Of a stretch of DNA of 64,000 nucleotides, positions 42,366-52,688 are shown in pieces. The stretch spans positions 829,467-893,466 of the forward strand of contig CALSPH010000001.1 of assembly GCA_943788195.1 (NCBI GenBank). The letters run 5' to 3'. Source of the stretch: an uncultured Bacteroidia bacterium. Its GTDB lineage: Bacteria > Bacteroidota > Bacteroidia > NS11-12g > UBA955. The stretch's first letter is position 1, and every line of letters starts with the position of its first letter. Position numbers and translations under genes: made by a program. Below the pieces are notes generated by a model, which was given only the letters and a program-made list of their open reading frames with translations, did not search any database and was not told the origin of the DNA.

Positions 42366-44936
42366 CCGTTCAGCTATAATAATAAAGAACCCTGCATTCA
42401 TCCCTTTTAACTGGACCCCCAGACACCAAAACAGTGCGAATAATGCGGTGAATACTTCATACGAATTTGAAATGGTTGAACTCTTGGATGACAAAGTAGA
42501 TCCAAATGCCGGATTTGGATCGTCACGGATACTGTATAAAGCCAAAGTACAAACCAGCTCCTTATTGTATGGACCCAACCAGCCCCCCCCTTGCTTGCGG
42601 GTAAGCGGTATGCTTGGCTTGTAAGAGCCGTTCCAGCTGATCCGAACAAAGCCTATGATGCATTTAGAAATAATGGGTATAGCGATGTGTTTAGTTTTTA
42701 TTACAAACCCAGTTTGCCAAAATTTGAAATAGAGGTTTTTGAAATAGAAAAGAACAGTCTTTCAATAGAATGGAGTCGCGTTAAAGATTATACTGGATTG
42801 TACTATGTTCATTTTGGGTATAATGGACGCATGTCACAAAAAACAGCAACTAGCCACAACAATTTGACCATAGCTGATATCCAGAAAGAATTGATTCCCG
42901 AATTGAATATCAGTACCCATGGTAGAAAGCGCATAACGGCATATGTCACCTATTTTAGTACTTCAGGTGAAATCGTTGCAGAGGCAATCGATTATTTTAA
43001 TATTGATAGCATAACTCCACGTAAACCAGATGAAGGCTTTGATTTTAAAATTACGCATGTTCCTGAAGGGCTTTTTCTGGAAATTAGTAATGCAAGTAAA
43101 GCGGATGGAAGCATCTATAAGATTTATAGAAGAAAGCAAGGAGAACCTGAATTTCAGTTGCTGAGCACGCTTCCTCCCAATAAGGATACATTTCTGGATG
43201 CAGCAGCTAAATCGGACACCGCATACATTTACGCAGTAAGTGAAGTGAAGAAGGATGGAAAAGAAAGTCCAAAGGAAGAAAAGGCATCGGATGTGGTCCA
43301 TATTGATGATGATTTTAGTTTTAAGAAATGGATTTGTGTAAACGGAGGAATTCATGCGGGTATAATTGGCTATGGAGGCAGCTCAGAAGCGGATCGTAAT
43401 CCATTTACCTACAGCATTGCTGGAAACTTAAATGTGAAATTGTTTGATTTGGTGACGGTACCTATATCCATGAATATTTCAAACGGGAATAGAAACTTAA
43501 ATTTGGCAGTCACCCCAACTCGTTTTAGCATGAGCCCTAGATATAAGGCAGCCACTACTCATATAGGTGATGTTAACTTGACCTATTCTCCGTATACCTT
43601 GAATGGGCATCAATTTACAGGTGGTGGTTTGGATATAGAACCTGAGAAGAATAAAGTAAAGTTCAGAGGAATGTTTGGTAGAATGCAACGTGAGGTAGAT
43701 TACGACACATCAAAACCAACCCAAATTTCCTCCTACGAACGATGGGGAATGGGTGGTAAGTTGCAATATGAACGAAAGGATTTTGATTTAGGATTAAACG
43801 TTTTTACGGCTAAAGATCGGTTGAAGGCCAAGGAGGCGCCGGTTGACCCGGCAGACATAACTCCACAACAAAATTTGGTGGGTAGTTTAGAGTTTGACTT
43901 GAGACCTTTCAAGGGATTTGAATTTAAATCGGAGTATGCCATTTCTGCACTCACCACCGATTTGCTGGATACGACCCCAGTTGCAGTGAGGGAAACGGGG
44001 GCATTCAATAATATTTATCCAACCAACAACTCCACGTATTATGCACACGCAAGTAAATTCAGTTTTAATTATAAAATAAAGCGAACCACGGTAGGTTTGG
44101 GGTATGAGAAAATTGATCCGGGGTATCGAACGCTGGGGGCATATTTCTTTGCAAATGATTTGGAAAATTTTACCGCCAACTTTGTAAAAGTGTTTCTAGA
44201 TAATAAACTGAATATTAAATTCATTGCAGGCTTGCAAAGAGATAATTTAGATGGACTTAAATCGGGCACAAATGAACGTATCGTTGGAGACATTTATCTA
44301 AATATTATACCAAACAAAAAGTTCAATATGTCCATCGATTATTCAAATTTCAGGACCTATATGCGCATCAATTCGCAGTTTCAATTTGTCAATATATTGA
44401 ATCAGTTTCAAGCATTGGACACATTCAATTTCACTCAAATAACGCAAGATTTAAATGTGGCTTTAAATTATAAGATAAAGGAAGGCAAAAGAAACACACA
44501 TAGCCTGTTATCTACCTTGAGTTTACAAGATGCCTATTCTGAGCAATCTGGGAATGAATTGAAAGATATGAGTAACATTTTTTACAATGGAAACATATCC
44601 TATATGTATGTCCAAAAACAAATCAAACTGACTTTGGTAACCACATACTTAGCAACCTTTAATACCATTGCGCAAGATGAATTTGTTACCCAAGGTCCGG
44701 CTGTTTCAATAGCCAATAAACTCTTTAAGGAACTCTTTGAAATTGATTTTATGTTTAATTATAACAATACTGCCACCAATAACCCGGCTATTGCCGATGT
44801 CAATATTTTGAATTTTAGGTTGGGCTTAGATGCATTGATGTTTAGAAAGCATCATGTTTCAGCCAGTATTACACATCAGGCAAATGGTAAATTAAATAAC
44901 CAAATTGGGAACGTGATGTACAACTTCTATTTCTAA
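42361..44936 (+). pseudogene. 5'-truncated TANFOR-like/FN3 protein fused to a large outer-membrane beta-barrel (781 aa open from 42591)
   Basis: FNWTPRH...YEF..VEL...LLYGP..PPL..GK.YAW.VRA...F.NNGYSDV, with a frameshift in the C8 run at 42583-42590. Two FN3-like segments follow, then about 530 aa of amphipathic strands ending in YNFYF. Confidence 0.65.
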
Positions 44937-44985
44937 AATAGCGAAGCGGTTACTTTTTTCTGGGCACCCATATGCAGCCCTGGAA

Positions 44986-47613
44986 TTAAGAAGTTGATTC
45001 GAGTATAATGTTTTTTGCCTCTTCCAAAGCCTTTTCAATCCCCTCTGGATTTTTACCCCCAGCAGTTGCATAAAAAGGCTGTCCTCCGCCACCGCCTTGA
45101 ATGTGTTGGGCTACTTTTTTAATTAAGTCACCCGCTTTGAAGTCTGTATTTTTCAATACCTCATCACCGCAAAATGCGGTGAGCATAGCCTTGCCATTGT
45201 TTAAGCTGCCAATGATTCCCAAGAGGTTGGGTTTTTGTTTCTTGACCCCGAAGATGATATTTTTCAATTCGTCTGGAGCAATTTCTCCCGTTTTAAAAAT
45301 AAGGGTTTCAAAGTTGCCTTGCCTAGCGATCGCTTTTAAGATGTCTTCTTTTACTGCACCGGCATTGGCTTTTTCAAAAGCCGCTAGTTTTTCCTCCAGG
45401 GACTGAATTTGCTTTTCCTTTTTGTCCAAAGCCTCTATAATATTCTTGGGATTATTTAATGCCTGTAAGGCTTGAGATAAGATGTCTTCCTTCTCATTTA
45501 ATAGGGCAATCGCGGCTTCACCAGCCACTGCTTCAATTCTTCTAACTCCAGCAGCGGAAGCACTTTCAGCGTTGATTTTGAATAGACGAATATTGGATGT
45601 GTTGCTTACATGCGTTCCCCCACAGAGTTCAGACGAATACGCCTTGTCAAATGAAATTACGCGTACAAAATCTCCGTATTTTTCGCCAAACAAAGCGGTA
45701 ACACCGCCATCAATGGCTTCTTGGTAGGGAATGTTTCGCTCCTCGGTAAGCGAAATGGTTTCAGCAATTTTTTGATTGACCTCGTTTTCAATTGCTTGCA
45801 GCTCACTGGCCTCCACTTTACTGAAATGGGCAAAGTCAAAACGTAAGTAATTTTCATTAACCAACGACCCTTTTTGCGAAACATGTTTACCTAAATGATT
45901 TTGAAGAGCCGCATGCAATAGATGCGTTGCACTATGATGAATGGTTATGAGTCTTCGTCTCTCTGAGTTAATCTGAGCGACTACTTGATTATGGTTTGCA
46001 TCCGGTTGATTTGGACTGATCTGCAAATGCAATTGTTGCTCTTTTTGGGTATCAATGATGTTCAACACCGTTCCATCTGCATAGGTCAAGGTGCCTTTAT
46101 CGCCAACTTGGCCACCGCTTTCTCCATAGAAAGGCGTACGATCCAGCACGATTTGATATAAGGTTTTCCCCTTTTGTTGTATGGGTCGATAACGTAAAAT
46201 TTTCGCCTTGGTTTTAAACTCATCATATCCTACAAAGGTGGAATCCCCTTCTTGGATAATGGTCCAATCTCCCATAGTCTTTTTGCTATCTGCGCGTGAA
46301 CGTTCTTTTTGTTCGGCCAAATGCTTTTCAAAATCCACTTCATCAATGGTTTTGTCATGATCATCAGCAATCAATGCGGTAAGATCCTTTGGAAAACCAA
46401 AAGTGTCATAGAGCTCGAAAACAGTTTTACCGTCAATTTCATTCAATGATGTATTGCTGTCAAAGTATGCATTCAGCATTTCTAAGCCATTGCTTAAGGT
46501 CTGTAAAAATGATTTTTCTTCTTCTAAGATCACTTTCGTGACAAACTTTTCCTGCGTGGCGAGTTCTGGAAATACATCTGCAAAACTCGACATCAAAGTG
46601 GTGTAAAGCTGATTTAAGAATGGTTCTCTAACGTTTAAGAAACTATATGCATAGCGGATCGCTCTGCGAAGAATTCTTCGAATCACATATCCCGCACCCG
46701 TATTCGAAGGCAACTGCCCATCTGCAATGGTAAAAGCAATGGCACGGATGTGATCAGCGATTACACGAAAAGCAATGTCTTCTTTGCTTTGTGTGCCGCC
46801 ATACTTGAGTCCTGTCAGACTTTCAATCTTCTGAAGTAGCGGTGTGAAGATATCGGTATCGTAATTGCTTTGTTTATCTTGCAATACCCGAACCAGTCGT
46901 TCCAGCCCCATGCCTGTATCTACATGTTGTTCAGGTAAAGCGCTTAAGGATTGATCGGATGCCCGATTGTATTGAATAAATACATTATTCCATATTTCGA
47001 TCACTTGCTCGTGGTCTTTATTTACTAAATCAGCCCCAGCACTTCTTTTTCGCTCCGTTTCTATCCGATTATCATAATGAATCTCGGTGCTTGGTCCGCA
47101 GGGTCCAACATCACCCATTTCCCAAAAATTGTCCTTTGCATTCCCTAAAATGATATGATCTTCAGGCAAGAGTTCCTTCCATAAATCATAACTTTCCTGA
47201 TCAAATGGTATCGTATCATTCCCTTCAAATACCGTTGCGTATAATCTGGATGGATCAATATGCACCACTTTAGTCAGGAATTCCCAACTCATTTCGATAG
47301 CTTCTTTCTTAAAATAGTCACCAAAACTCCAATTGCCTAACATCTCAAACATGGTGTGATGGTAATGATCCACACCCACTTCTTCCAAGTCGTTATGTTT
47401 ACCACTTACTCGCAGGCACTTTTGGGTATCCACTACTCGGGTTTGGCTTGCTTTACGGTCGCCTGTGAAGATGTCCTTAAACTGATTCATACCCGCATTG
47501 GTAAACATCAGCGTAGGGTCTTCCTTTATTACAATTGGTGCGGAAGGGACAAGCGTATGCTCTTTTGACTTGAAATAGTCGAAAAAAGCTTGTCTTATAT
47601 CGTTTGCGGTCAT
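44986..47613 (-). CDS. alaS: Alanine--tRNA ligase
   Basis: LMFTNAGMNQFK, FEMLGNWSFGDYFK, DTGMGLER, HSATHLL, ELCGGTH and GGGGG. Confidence 0.98.
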   Translation of the reverse strand: MTANDIRQAFFDYFKSKEHTLVPSAPIVIKEDPTLMFTNAGMNQFKDIFTGDRKASQTRVVDTQKCLRVSGKHNDLEEVGVDHYHHTMFEMLGNWSFGDYFKKEAIEMSWEFLTKVVHIDPSRLYATVFEGNDTIPFDQESYDLWKELLPEDHIILGNAKDNFWEMGDVGPCGPSTEIHYDNRIETERKRSAGADLVNKDHEQVIEIWNNVFIQYNRASDQSLSALPEQHVDTGMGLERLVRVLQDKQSNYDTDIFTPLLQKIESLTGLKYGGTQSKEDIAFRVIADHIRAIAFTIADGQLPSNTGAGYVIRRILRRAIRYAYSFLNVREPFLNQLYTTLMSSFADVFPELATQEKFVTKVILEEEKSFLQTLSNGLEMLNAYFDSNTSLNEIDGKTVFELYDTFGFPKDLTALIADDHDKTIDEVDFEKHLAEQKERSRADSKKTMGDWTIIQEGDSTFVGYDEFKTKAKILRYRPIQQKGKTLYQIVLDRTPFYGESGGQVGDKGTLTYADGTVLNIIDTQKEQQLHLQISPNQPDANHNQVVAQINSERRRLITIHHSATHLLHAALQNHLGKHVSQKGSLVNENYLRFDFAHFSKVEASELQAIENEVNQKIAETISLTEERNIPYQEAIDGGVTALFGEKYGDFVRVISFDKAYSSELCGGTHVSNTSNIRLFKINAESASAAGVRRIEAVAGEAAIALLNEKEDILSQALQALNNPKNIIEALDKKEKQIQSLEEKLAAFEKANAGAVKEDILKAIARQGNFETLIFKTGEIAPDELKNIIFGVKKQKPNLLGIIGSLNNGKAMLTAFCGDEVLKNTDFKAGDLIKKVAQHIQGGGGGQPFYATAGGKNPEGIEKALEEAKNIILESTS

Positions 47614-47773
47614 GCTCTGTCTTGCGTTCACTTTGATTTGATATAGAATTATTGTACATTTGCACCCTTATTAGCACGGTGCTTGTTTATGACTGAGGCA
47701 AAGGTAAATTTTTACACAGTTTTATTCTAAACAAATACTTTTTTTAAGTAAACTGCGTTAATAGAAAGGTAAT

Positions 47774-48754
47774 ATGAAGAAAAAGGCGAATTACTATTTT
47801 GATCAAAAGACGCTTAGCTACGAAAAAGCTGAGAGGAATTATTTTGCAATGACCTTAAAAGTACTGGGTTTTATAAGCCTTAGCGTTATTGTCGGTTTTA
47901 TATTTGCATTTCAACTAAGAGATCGAATTGATTCTCCGAAAGAGCTTGCACTTAAAATGCAAAACGCTAAATACAAGAATGAACTCGCACAAATTAAAAG
48001 TCAATTGAGCTCAATTGATCAACGTTTTGATGATTTATCAGAGCGTGATAAGGAAATTTACCGTTCTATTTATGAGGCTGATCCAATTTCGGATGAGATA
48101 AGGGAAGCGGGTATTGGTGGTACCGATAAATATGCATATTTGGATAACAGCAGTTTATCGGATGCCGAACTAATCAAATCGATTCGAGAAAAAATGGATG
48201 CCTTGGATCGTCAATTTGAAGTTCAAAAGAAATCATACAAAGAGTTGGCTGCATTAGCTAACGATAAAGAAAGCTATCTAGCTTCTATTCCTGCAATTCA
48301 ACCGGTTTCTAACAAACAATTGAAGCGCATTGCGAGTGGATTTGGATATCGAATTGATCCTTTTTATAGAACCCCAAAATTACACGCGGGTATCGATTTT
48401 ACTGCACCTAGAGGAAGTGCCATCAATGCTACGGCAGACGGAGTTATAAAACGCGTTGAGCGCAGAGCTTGGGGTTATGGCTTGCATATCATTATCGATC
48501 ACGGTAATGGTTATACTACATTGTATGGGCACATGAGTAAAACCATGGTGAGAGTTGGACAAAAAGTAAAACGTGGTCAGCGTATAGGTAGTGTGGGAAG
48601 TACTGGAAAATCTACTGCACCCCATTTGCATTATGAAGTAAAGAAAAATGGAGCTCATCAAAATCCAGCTTTTTATTTCTTCAATGATTTAACTGATGCT
48701 GAGTATGAGTTGATGTTAAAGCAAGCTTCTGCTCCAAACAAATCATTCGACTAA
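47774..48754 (+). CDS. M23 family peptidoglycan endopeptidase
   Basis: TM anchor and coiled coil, then HAGIDF, TLYGH and STAPHLHYEV. Confidence 0.95.
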   Translation: MKKKANYYFDQKTLSYEKAERNYFAMTLKVLGFISLSVIVGFIFAFQLRDRIDSPKELALKMQNAKYKNELAQIKSQLSSIDQRFDDLSERDKEIYRSIYEADPISDEIREAGIGGTDKYAYLDNSSLSDAELIKSIREKMDALDRQFEVQKKSYKELAALANDKESYLASIPAIQPVSNKQLKRIASGFGYRIDPFYRTPKLHAGIDFTAPRGSAINATADGVIKRVERRAWGYGLHIIIDHGNGYTTLYGHMSKTMVRVGQKVKRGQRIGSVGSTGKSTAPHLHYEVKKNGAHQNPAFYFFNDLTDAEYELMLKQASAPNKSFD

Positions 48755-48758
48755 TTTC

Positions 48759-49088
48759 ATGGCTTTACAAGACGGTAAACTTTTCTACAAAATTAGTGAG
48801 GTTGCCAGTCATTTAGGCGTTACAGCGAGTACATTGCGCTTTTGGGAAAAAGAAATACCCAATTTAAAGCCTCGTACCAATAAAAAGGGGAATCGGCAAT
48901 ATACACAAGAAGACATCGATAAGATTCAAAAGATCAAGTTTCTTGTGAAAGACCAAGGCCATACAGTGGCAGGTGCAAAACAAAAATTGTCCCTCAATAA
49001 AACCAAAGTAGAATCTCAATCTGAGATAGCTGAACGGTTAATGGACATAAAGAAGTTTCTCGTGGAATTACGAGAAAAGCTGGGTTAA
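48759..49088 (+). CDS. MerR family transcriptional regulator
   Basis: YKISEVA..LGV..STLRFWE and G.R.Y. Confidence 0.93.
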   Translation: MALQDGKLFYKISEVASHLGVTASTLRFWEKEIPNLKPRTNKKGNRQYTQEDIDKIQKIKFLVKDQGHTVAGAKQKLSLNKTKVESQSEIAERLMDIKKFLVELREKLG

Positions 49089-49166
49089 TCAAATATTTTT
49101 TGCGTTTCAGAAAGAAGTAATGGGTGTATAGGCGCACTATTTTATTCCCCCTATATATTTGTTTTG

Positions 49167-49970
49167 ATGAAGCAATATTGCTTATTAATAGTTCTTATTC
49201 TAAGTGAGGCATCAATCCTTAAAGCGCAGTACCAAGGAGCTAATAACAGTTCCATGGGAGTTTTAGGTGTCGCTACTAATCAATTATTTAGCGTCAATAT
49301 CAATCCTGCCAATTTAGGTTTGTTGGATTCATCACAAATCGGTATCCATATAAAAAAAATGAATTTTGCCGGCAGATCTCTAGAAACTGGATTACAGGTG
49401 GCTACGCCCTTTAAGAAGATTAATTTAGGCGTTGGCATTTATAACTTTGGCAACAGCTTTTACAATTTTGGTAAAATAAGCGTTGCTTTAGCCAAACCAC
49501 TTGATAACAAGCAAGGTATTGGCATCAGTGTTGATTTTTTTCGAGAGTTTGTATATTTAAATAGCGATGCAAATGCAGTCAATGCTACAATTGGGTATTA
49601 TTATAAGATCAATGAGAAGCTGCAATTAGGCGCTTCTATACGCCAGGTTTTTTATCGCTCTGATGAGCGATTGGAACGCATTTATAGTCAAATATCTGGT
49701 CTGGGTTCTTTGGGGCTTTCGTATCGTGCAATGCCAAGTCTAACTTTTACAGGAGAGTTAAGAAGCGATGAAATTAATACAATGGGTTTGGGTTTGGGTA
49801 TGCAGTTGCAAAAAGATAAAATGGCGCTGTTGATGGGCTTTAGTAATCAAGAAAACTTGATAAATGTCGGTCTTAGACTCCCCATTGGCCCAGTTCATTG
49901 GACCGTTGCCTATGCCTTTCGCCAACAATTGGGTAGCTCAGTTCAATCATCACTCATCTATCTTTGGTAA
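49167..49970 (+). CDS. Hypothetical outer-membrane beta-barrel (PorV/PorQ-like N-terminus)
   Basis: Signal peptide, GA..SSMG...NPANL, alternating beta strands and a C-terminal YLW. Confidence 0.65.
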   Translation: MKQYCLLIVLILSEASILKAQYQGANNSSMGVLGVATNQLFSVNINPANLGLLDSSQIGIHIKKMNFAGRSLETGLQVATPFKKINLGVGIYNFGNSFYNFGKISVALAKPLDNKQGIGISVDFFREFVYLNSDANAVNATIGYYYKINEKLQLGASIRQVFYRSDERLERIYSQISGLGSLGLSYRAMPSLTFTGELRSDEINTMGLGLGMQLQKDKMALLMGFSNQENLINVGLRLPIGPVHWTVAYAFRQQLGSSVQSSLIYLW

Positions 49971-51967
49971 GGAAGGTTATCATACTGCTATTGCTGTTTT
50001 ATTTTCAAAATGGAATTGCCCAAACTGAGGATGAAGCTTTCAATCAATTGATGGAGAAATACGCGGAATACACCTCACGCAGTGTTGATTTTTTAGACCT
50101 CTATGATCAAGTGGCCAGCTATAAACGAAACCCTATCAACATAAATGAAGCAAGTTTTGCCGAGTTAAGTGCATTTACATTAATTGGCAGAACAAGAGCT
50201 CACCTTATTATAGAACATCGAAAGAATTACGGGGCCTTAATCAGTATATATGAACTGCAATGCATCCCCACCTTTACACCTGATTACATTCAGCTCATCC
50301 TGCCATATGTATCCATTAAAGAACAGCGTGTTGGCAAATTAAGCCAGTTGCTCAAGGAGGGACGGCATGACCTAATTATTTTGGGCCAGTACACAGATAT
50401 CAGTCATCTCCAACCCGTAAACCCAACGGATAGTTCACGCATTTTAGGCGATGGCATGCGCACATTACTGAGACATAAATATGGAATGCCTGGGAAGTAT
50501 AGTTTTGGAATAACTGCTGAGAAAGATGCGGGGGAGTTATGGCCTGTATCAGAAAATGGGCTGAAGTCGGGTTTTTTATCTGCGCATGCTTTTATCCAAC
50601 CGAAGGGAAAAATCTTGCATAGCTTGGCCTTGGGAGATTTTCAGGTGAATTTTGGGCAAGGACTTACATTTAGCAGTGGATTAAGCTTTGGTAAATCATC
50701 TTTGGTGTTAAAGTCATTTCGGGCACGAGAAGGCATTCGAGCCTATCGATCGGTTAATGAGAACCAATTCTTAAGAGGCGCAGCTGCACGAATTAACTTG
50801 AGTAAGAAGGCCAATATTACAGGGTTTGTGAGTCGAAATTATGAAAATGTAGTTATTGGGGATGATGGCCAAGCAGGTAGTTTGAATAATTTCGGTTACG
50901 TAAGAACACTGCGCGATTTGAGTAGAAAAGACAATCAACAAATTGATATAATCGGGGGCCATTATTCCCAACAAATCAATTCTTGGAGCATCGGTTTTAC
51001 GGGAGCAGTGCAGCAGTTTTCGGTGCCTTTTAGAAAACGATCCGAACCGTATGCCGTGCATCGTTTTTCTGGGAATCAATTGCTGAATATTGGATTTGAC
51101 TATAAAGGAAATGTTAAGAATGGGATGTTTTACGGGGAGATTTCAGGGAATGATTTTCAAAAAAATCCTGCAATGACCCACGGAGCTCTGATTGCCTTAA
51201 ATAAACCATGGAGTGCCAATATCCACTATCGGAGTTTTCCGAAAGACTACCACAGCATTTTTAGCACAGCATGGGGTGAACAGACGACACCTACTAATGA
51301 ACAAGCTATTTACCTGGCCCTACAATATGAGATCTATCGCAAATGGAAGCTTTCTGTTTTTGCAGATGTTGTTTCATTTCCTTGGTTGCGTTTTAGAGAT
51401 GATGCAACTGGGTATCAGCAGGATTATTTCGCGGAAGTGAAGCAGGATTTCACGAAATACAGTCATCACTATCTAAGGGCCAGAAGTACATTGTTCTCAG
51501 ACAATTACACCACGGAAAGTAAAACCAAGCAGCAGCAATTAAATCAACGATGGAATTTCAGGTATCATTTTGATCGAGATAAACCGGGGCATATGGCTAC
51601 TGCATTTCGCGCAGAAGTGGTGCATTTGAAAAACAAGGAAAAGAATGTGTTAGGCAATTTAGTTTTTGCCGATTTGGGGTATAAATCAAAAAAAGGAAAG
51701 TGGAAAATAGTGGGACGTTATACTGTATTTAACACACCAGATTTTGATTCTAGAATATACGCCTATGAAAATGATGTACTCTATGCGTTCAGCATACCTG
51801 CTATGTATGGTCAAGGATTTCGCACCTACTTGGTGCTTACAGCAAAGCCTTTTAGACGTTTTACTGTATGGACAAAGATCACTGTTGAGAAAAATGAACG
51901 AAAATCTACCTTAGATCAATTAAATTTCAGGCCTTTAGGAAGAGTACAAATAAGATACACATGGTAA
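49964..51967 (+). CDS. Helix-hairpin-helix (ComEA-like) domain protein with C-terminal beta-barrel
   Basis: PININEAS..EL, HR..YG.L.SIYELQ, EKDAGE, LGDF.VNFGQGL, RIYAYENDVLY and a C-terminal YTW. Confidence 0.85.
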   Translation: MVRKVIILLLLFYFQNGIAQTEDEAFNQLMEKYAEYTSRSVDFLDLYDQVASYKRNPININEASFAELSAFTLIGRTRAHLIIEHRKNYGALISIYELQCIPTFTPDYIQLILPYVSIKEQRVGKLSQLLKEGRHDLIILGQYTDISHLQPVNPTDSSRILGDGMRTLLRHKYGMPGKYSFGITAEKDAGELWPVSENGLKSGFLSAHAFIQPKGKILHSLALGDFQVNFGQGLTFSSGLSFGKSSLVLKSFRAREGIRAYRSVNENQFLRGAAARINLSKKANITGFVSRNYENVVIGDDGQAGSLNNFGYVRTLRDLSRKDNQQIDIIGGHYSQQINSWSIGFTGAVQQFSVPFRKRSEPYAVHRFSGNQLLNIGFDYKGNVKNGMFYGEISGNDFQKNPAMTHGALIALNKPWSANIHYRSFPKDYHSIFSTAWGEQTTPTNEQAIYLALQYEIYRKWKLSVFADVVSFPWLRFRDDATGYQQDYFAEVKQDFTKYSHHYLRARSTLFSDNYTTESKTKQQQLNQRWNFRYHFDRDKPGHMATAFRAEVVHLKNKEKNVLGNLVFADLGYKSKKGKWKIVGRYTVFNTPDFDSRIYAYENDVLYAFSIPAMYGQGFRTYLVLTAKPFRRFTVWTKITVEKNERKSTLDQLNFRPLGRVQIRYTW

Positions 51968-51968
51968 T

Positions 51969-52688
51969 ATGACAATATTAAGCGTAAACATAAATAAACT
52001 AGCCACACTGCGCAATGCAAGAGGTCTTAATAATCCAAATGTGCAGGAATGGGCCTTACGGATTCAAAACTGGGGCGTAAAAAGTATAACGGTGCATCCA
52101 AGACCCGATGAGCGCCATATAAGAAAGCAAGATGTTTATTTGCTTAAAGAAGCATTGGATGTTGAGTTTAATATTGAAGGATACCCAAGTGACGATTTTT
52201 GTAAAATGGTGCTAGACGTCCGTCCAGATCAAGTAACTCTTGTACCCGATGATCCAGAGCAGATTACTTCCAATCATGGTTGGAATACCATGAAATACCA
52301 AAGTGAATTAACTAAAGTGGTCGCTAAGTTTAATGATGCAGGAATCCGGACCAGTCTATTCCTAGACCCAAACCCGGATTTAGTTTCATCTGCGGCATCT
52401 ACAGGAGCGAGTCGTATCGAATTGTATACTGAGAGTTATGCTCAAGCCTTTGAACGTGATACAGCTCATAAAGTTATTCGCGGTTATGCAGAAACTGCAC
52501 GAAGAGCTGCCGAATTAAATATGGGAGTGAATGCTGGACATGATCTGGACTTGAACAATTTGCAAAATTTTTTAAACCAAGTACCCAATGTACAAGAAGT
52601 TTCTATCGGTCACGCTCTGATAAGCGATGCCCTAGAACTTGGGATGGAGGAAACAGTTAAGCGATATTTAATGATTACAGAAGGATGA
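51969..52688 (+). CDS. pdxJ: Pyridoxine 5'-phosphate synthase
   Basis: LSVNINK.ATLRNARG, ITVHPRPDERHI, NAGHDL and SIGHALI. Confidence 0.97.
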   Translation: MTILSVNINKLATLRNARGLNNPNVQEWALRIQNWGVKSITVHPRPDERHIRKQDVYLLKEALDVEFNIEGYPSDDFCKMVLDVRPDQVTLVPDDPEQITSNHGWNTMKYQSELTKVVAKFNDAGIRTSLFLDPNPDLVSSAASTGASRIELYTESYAQAFERDTAHKVIRGYAETARRAAELNMGVNAGHDLDLNNLQNFLNQVPNVQEVSIGHALISDALELGMEETVKRYLMITEG

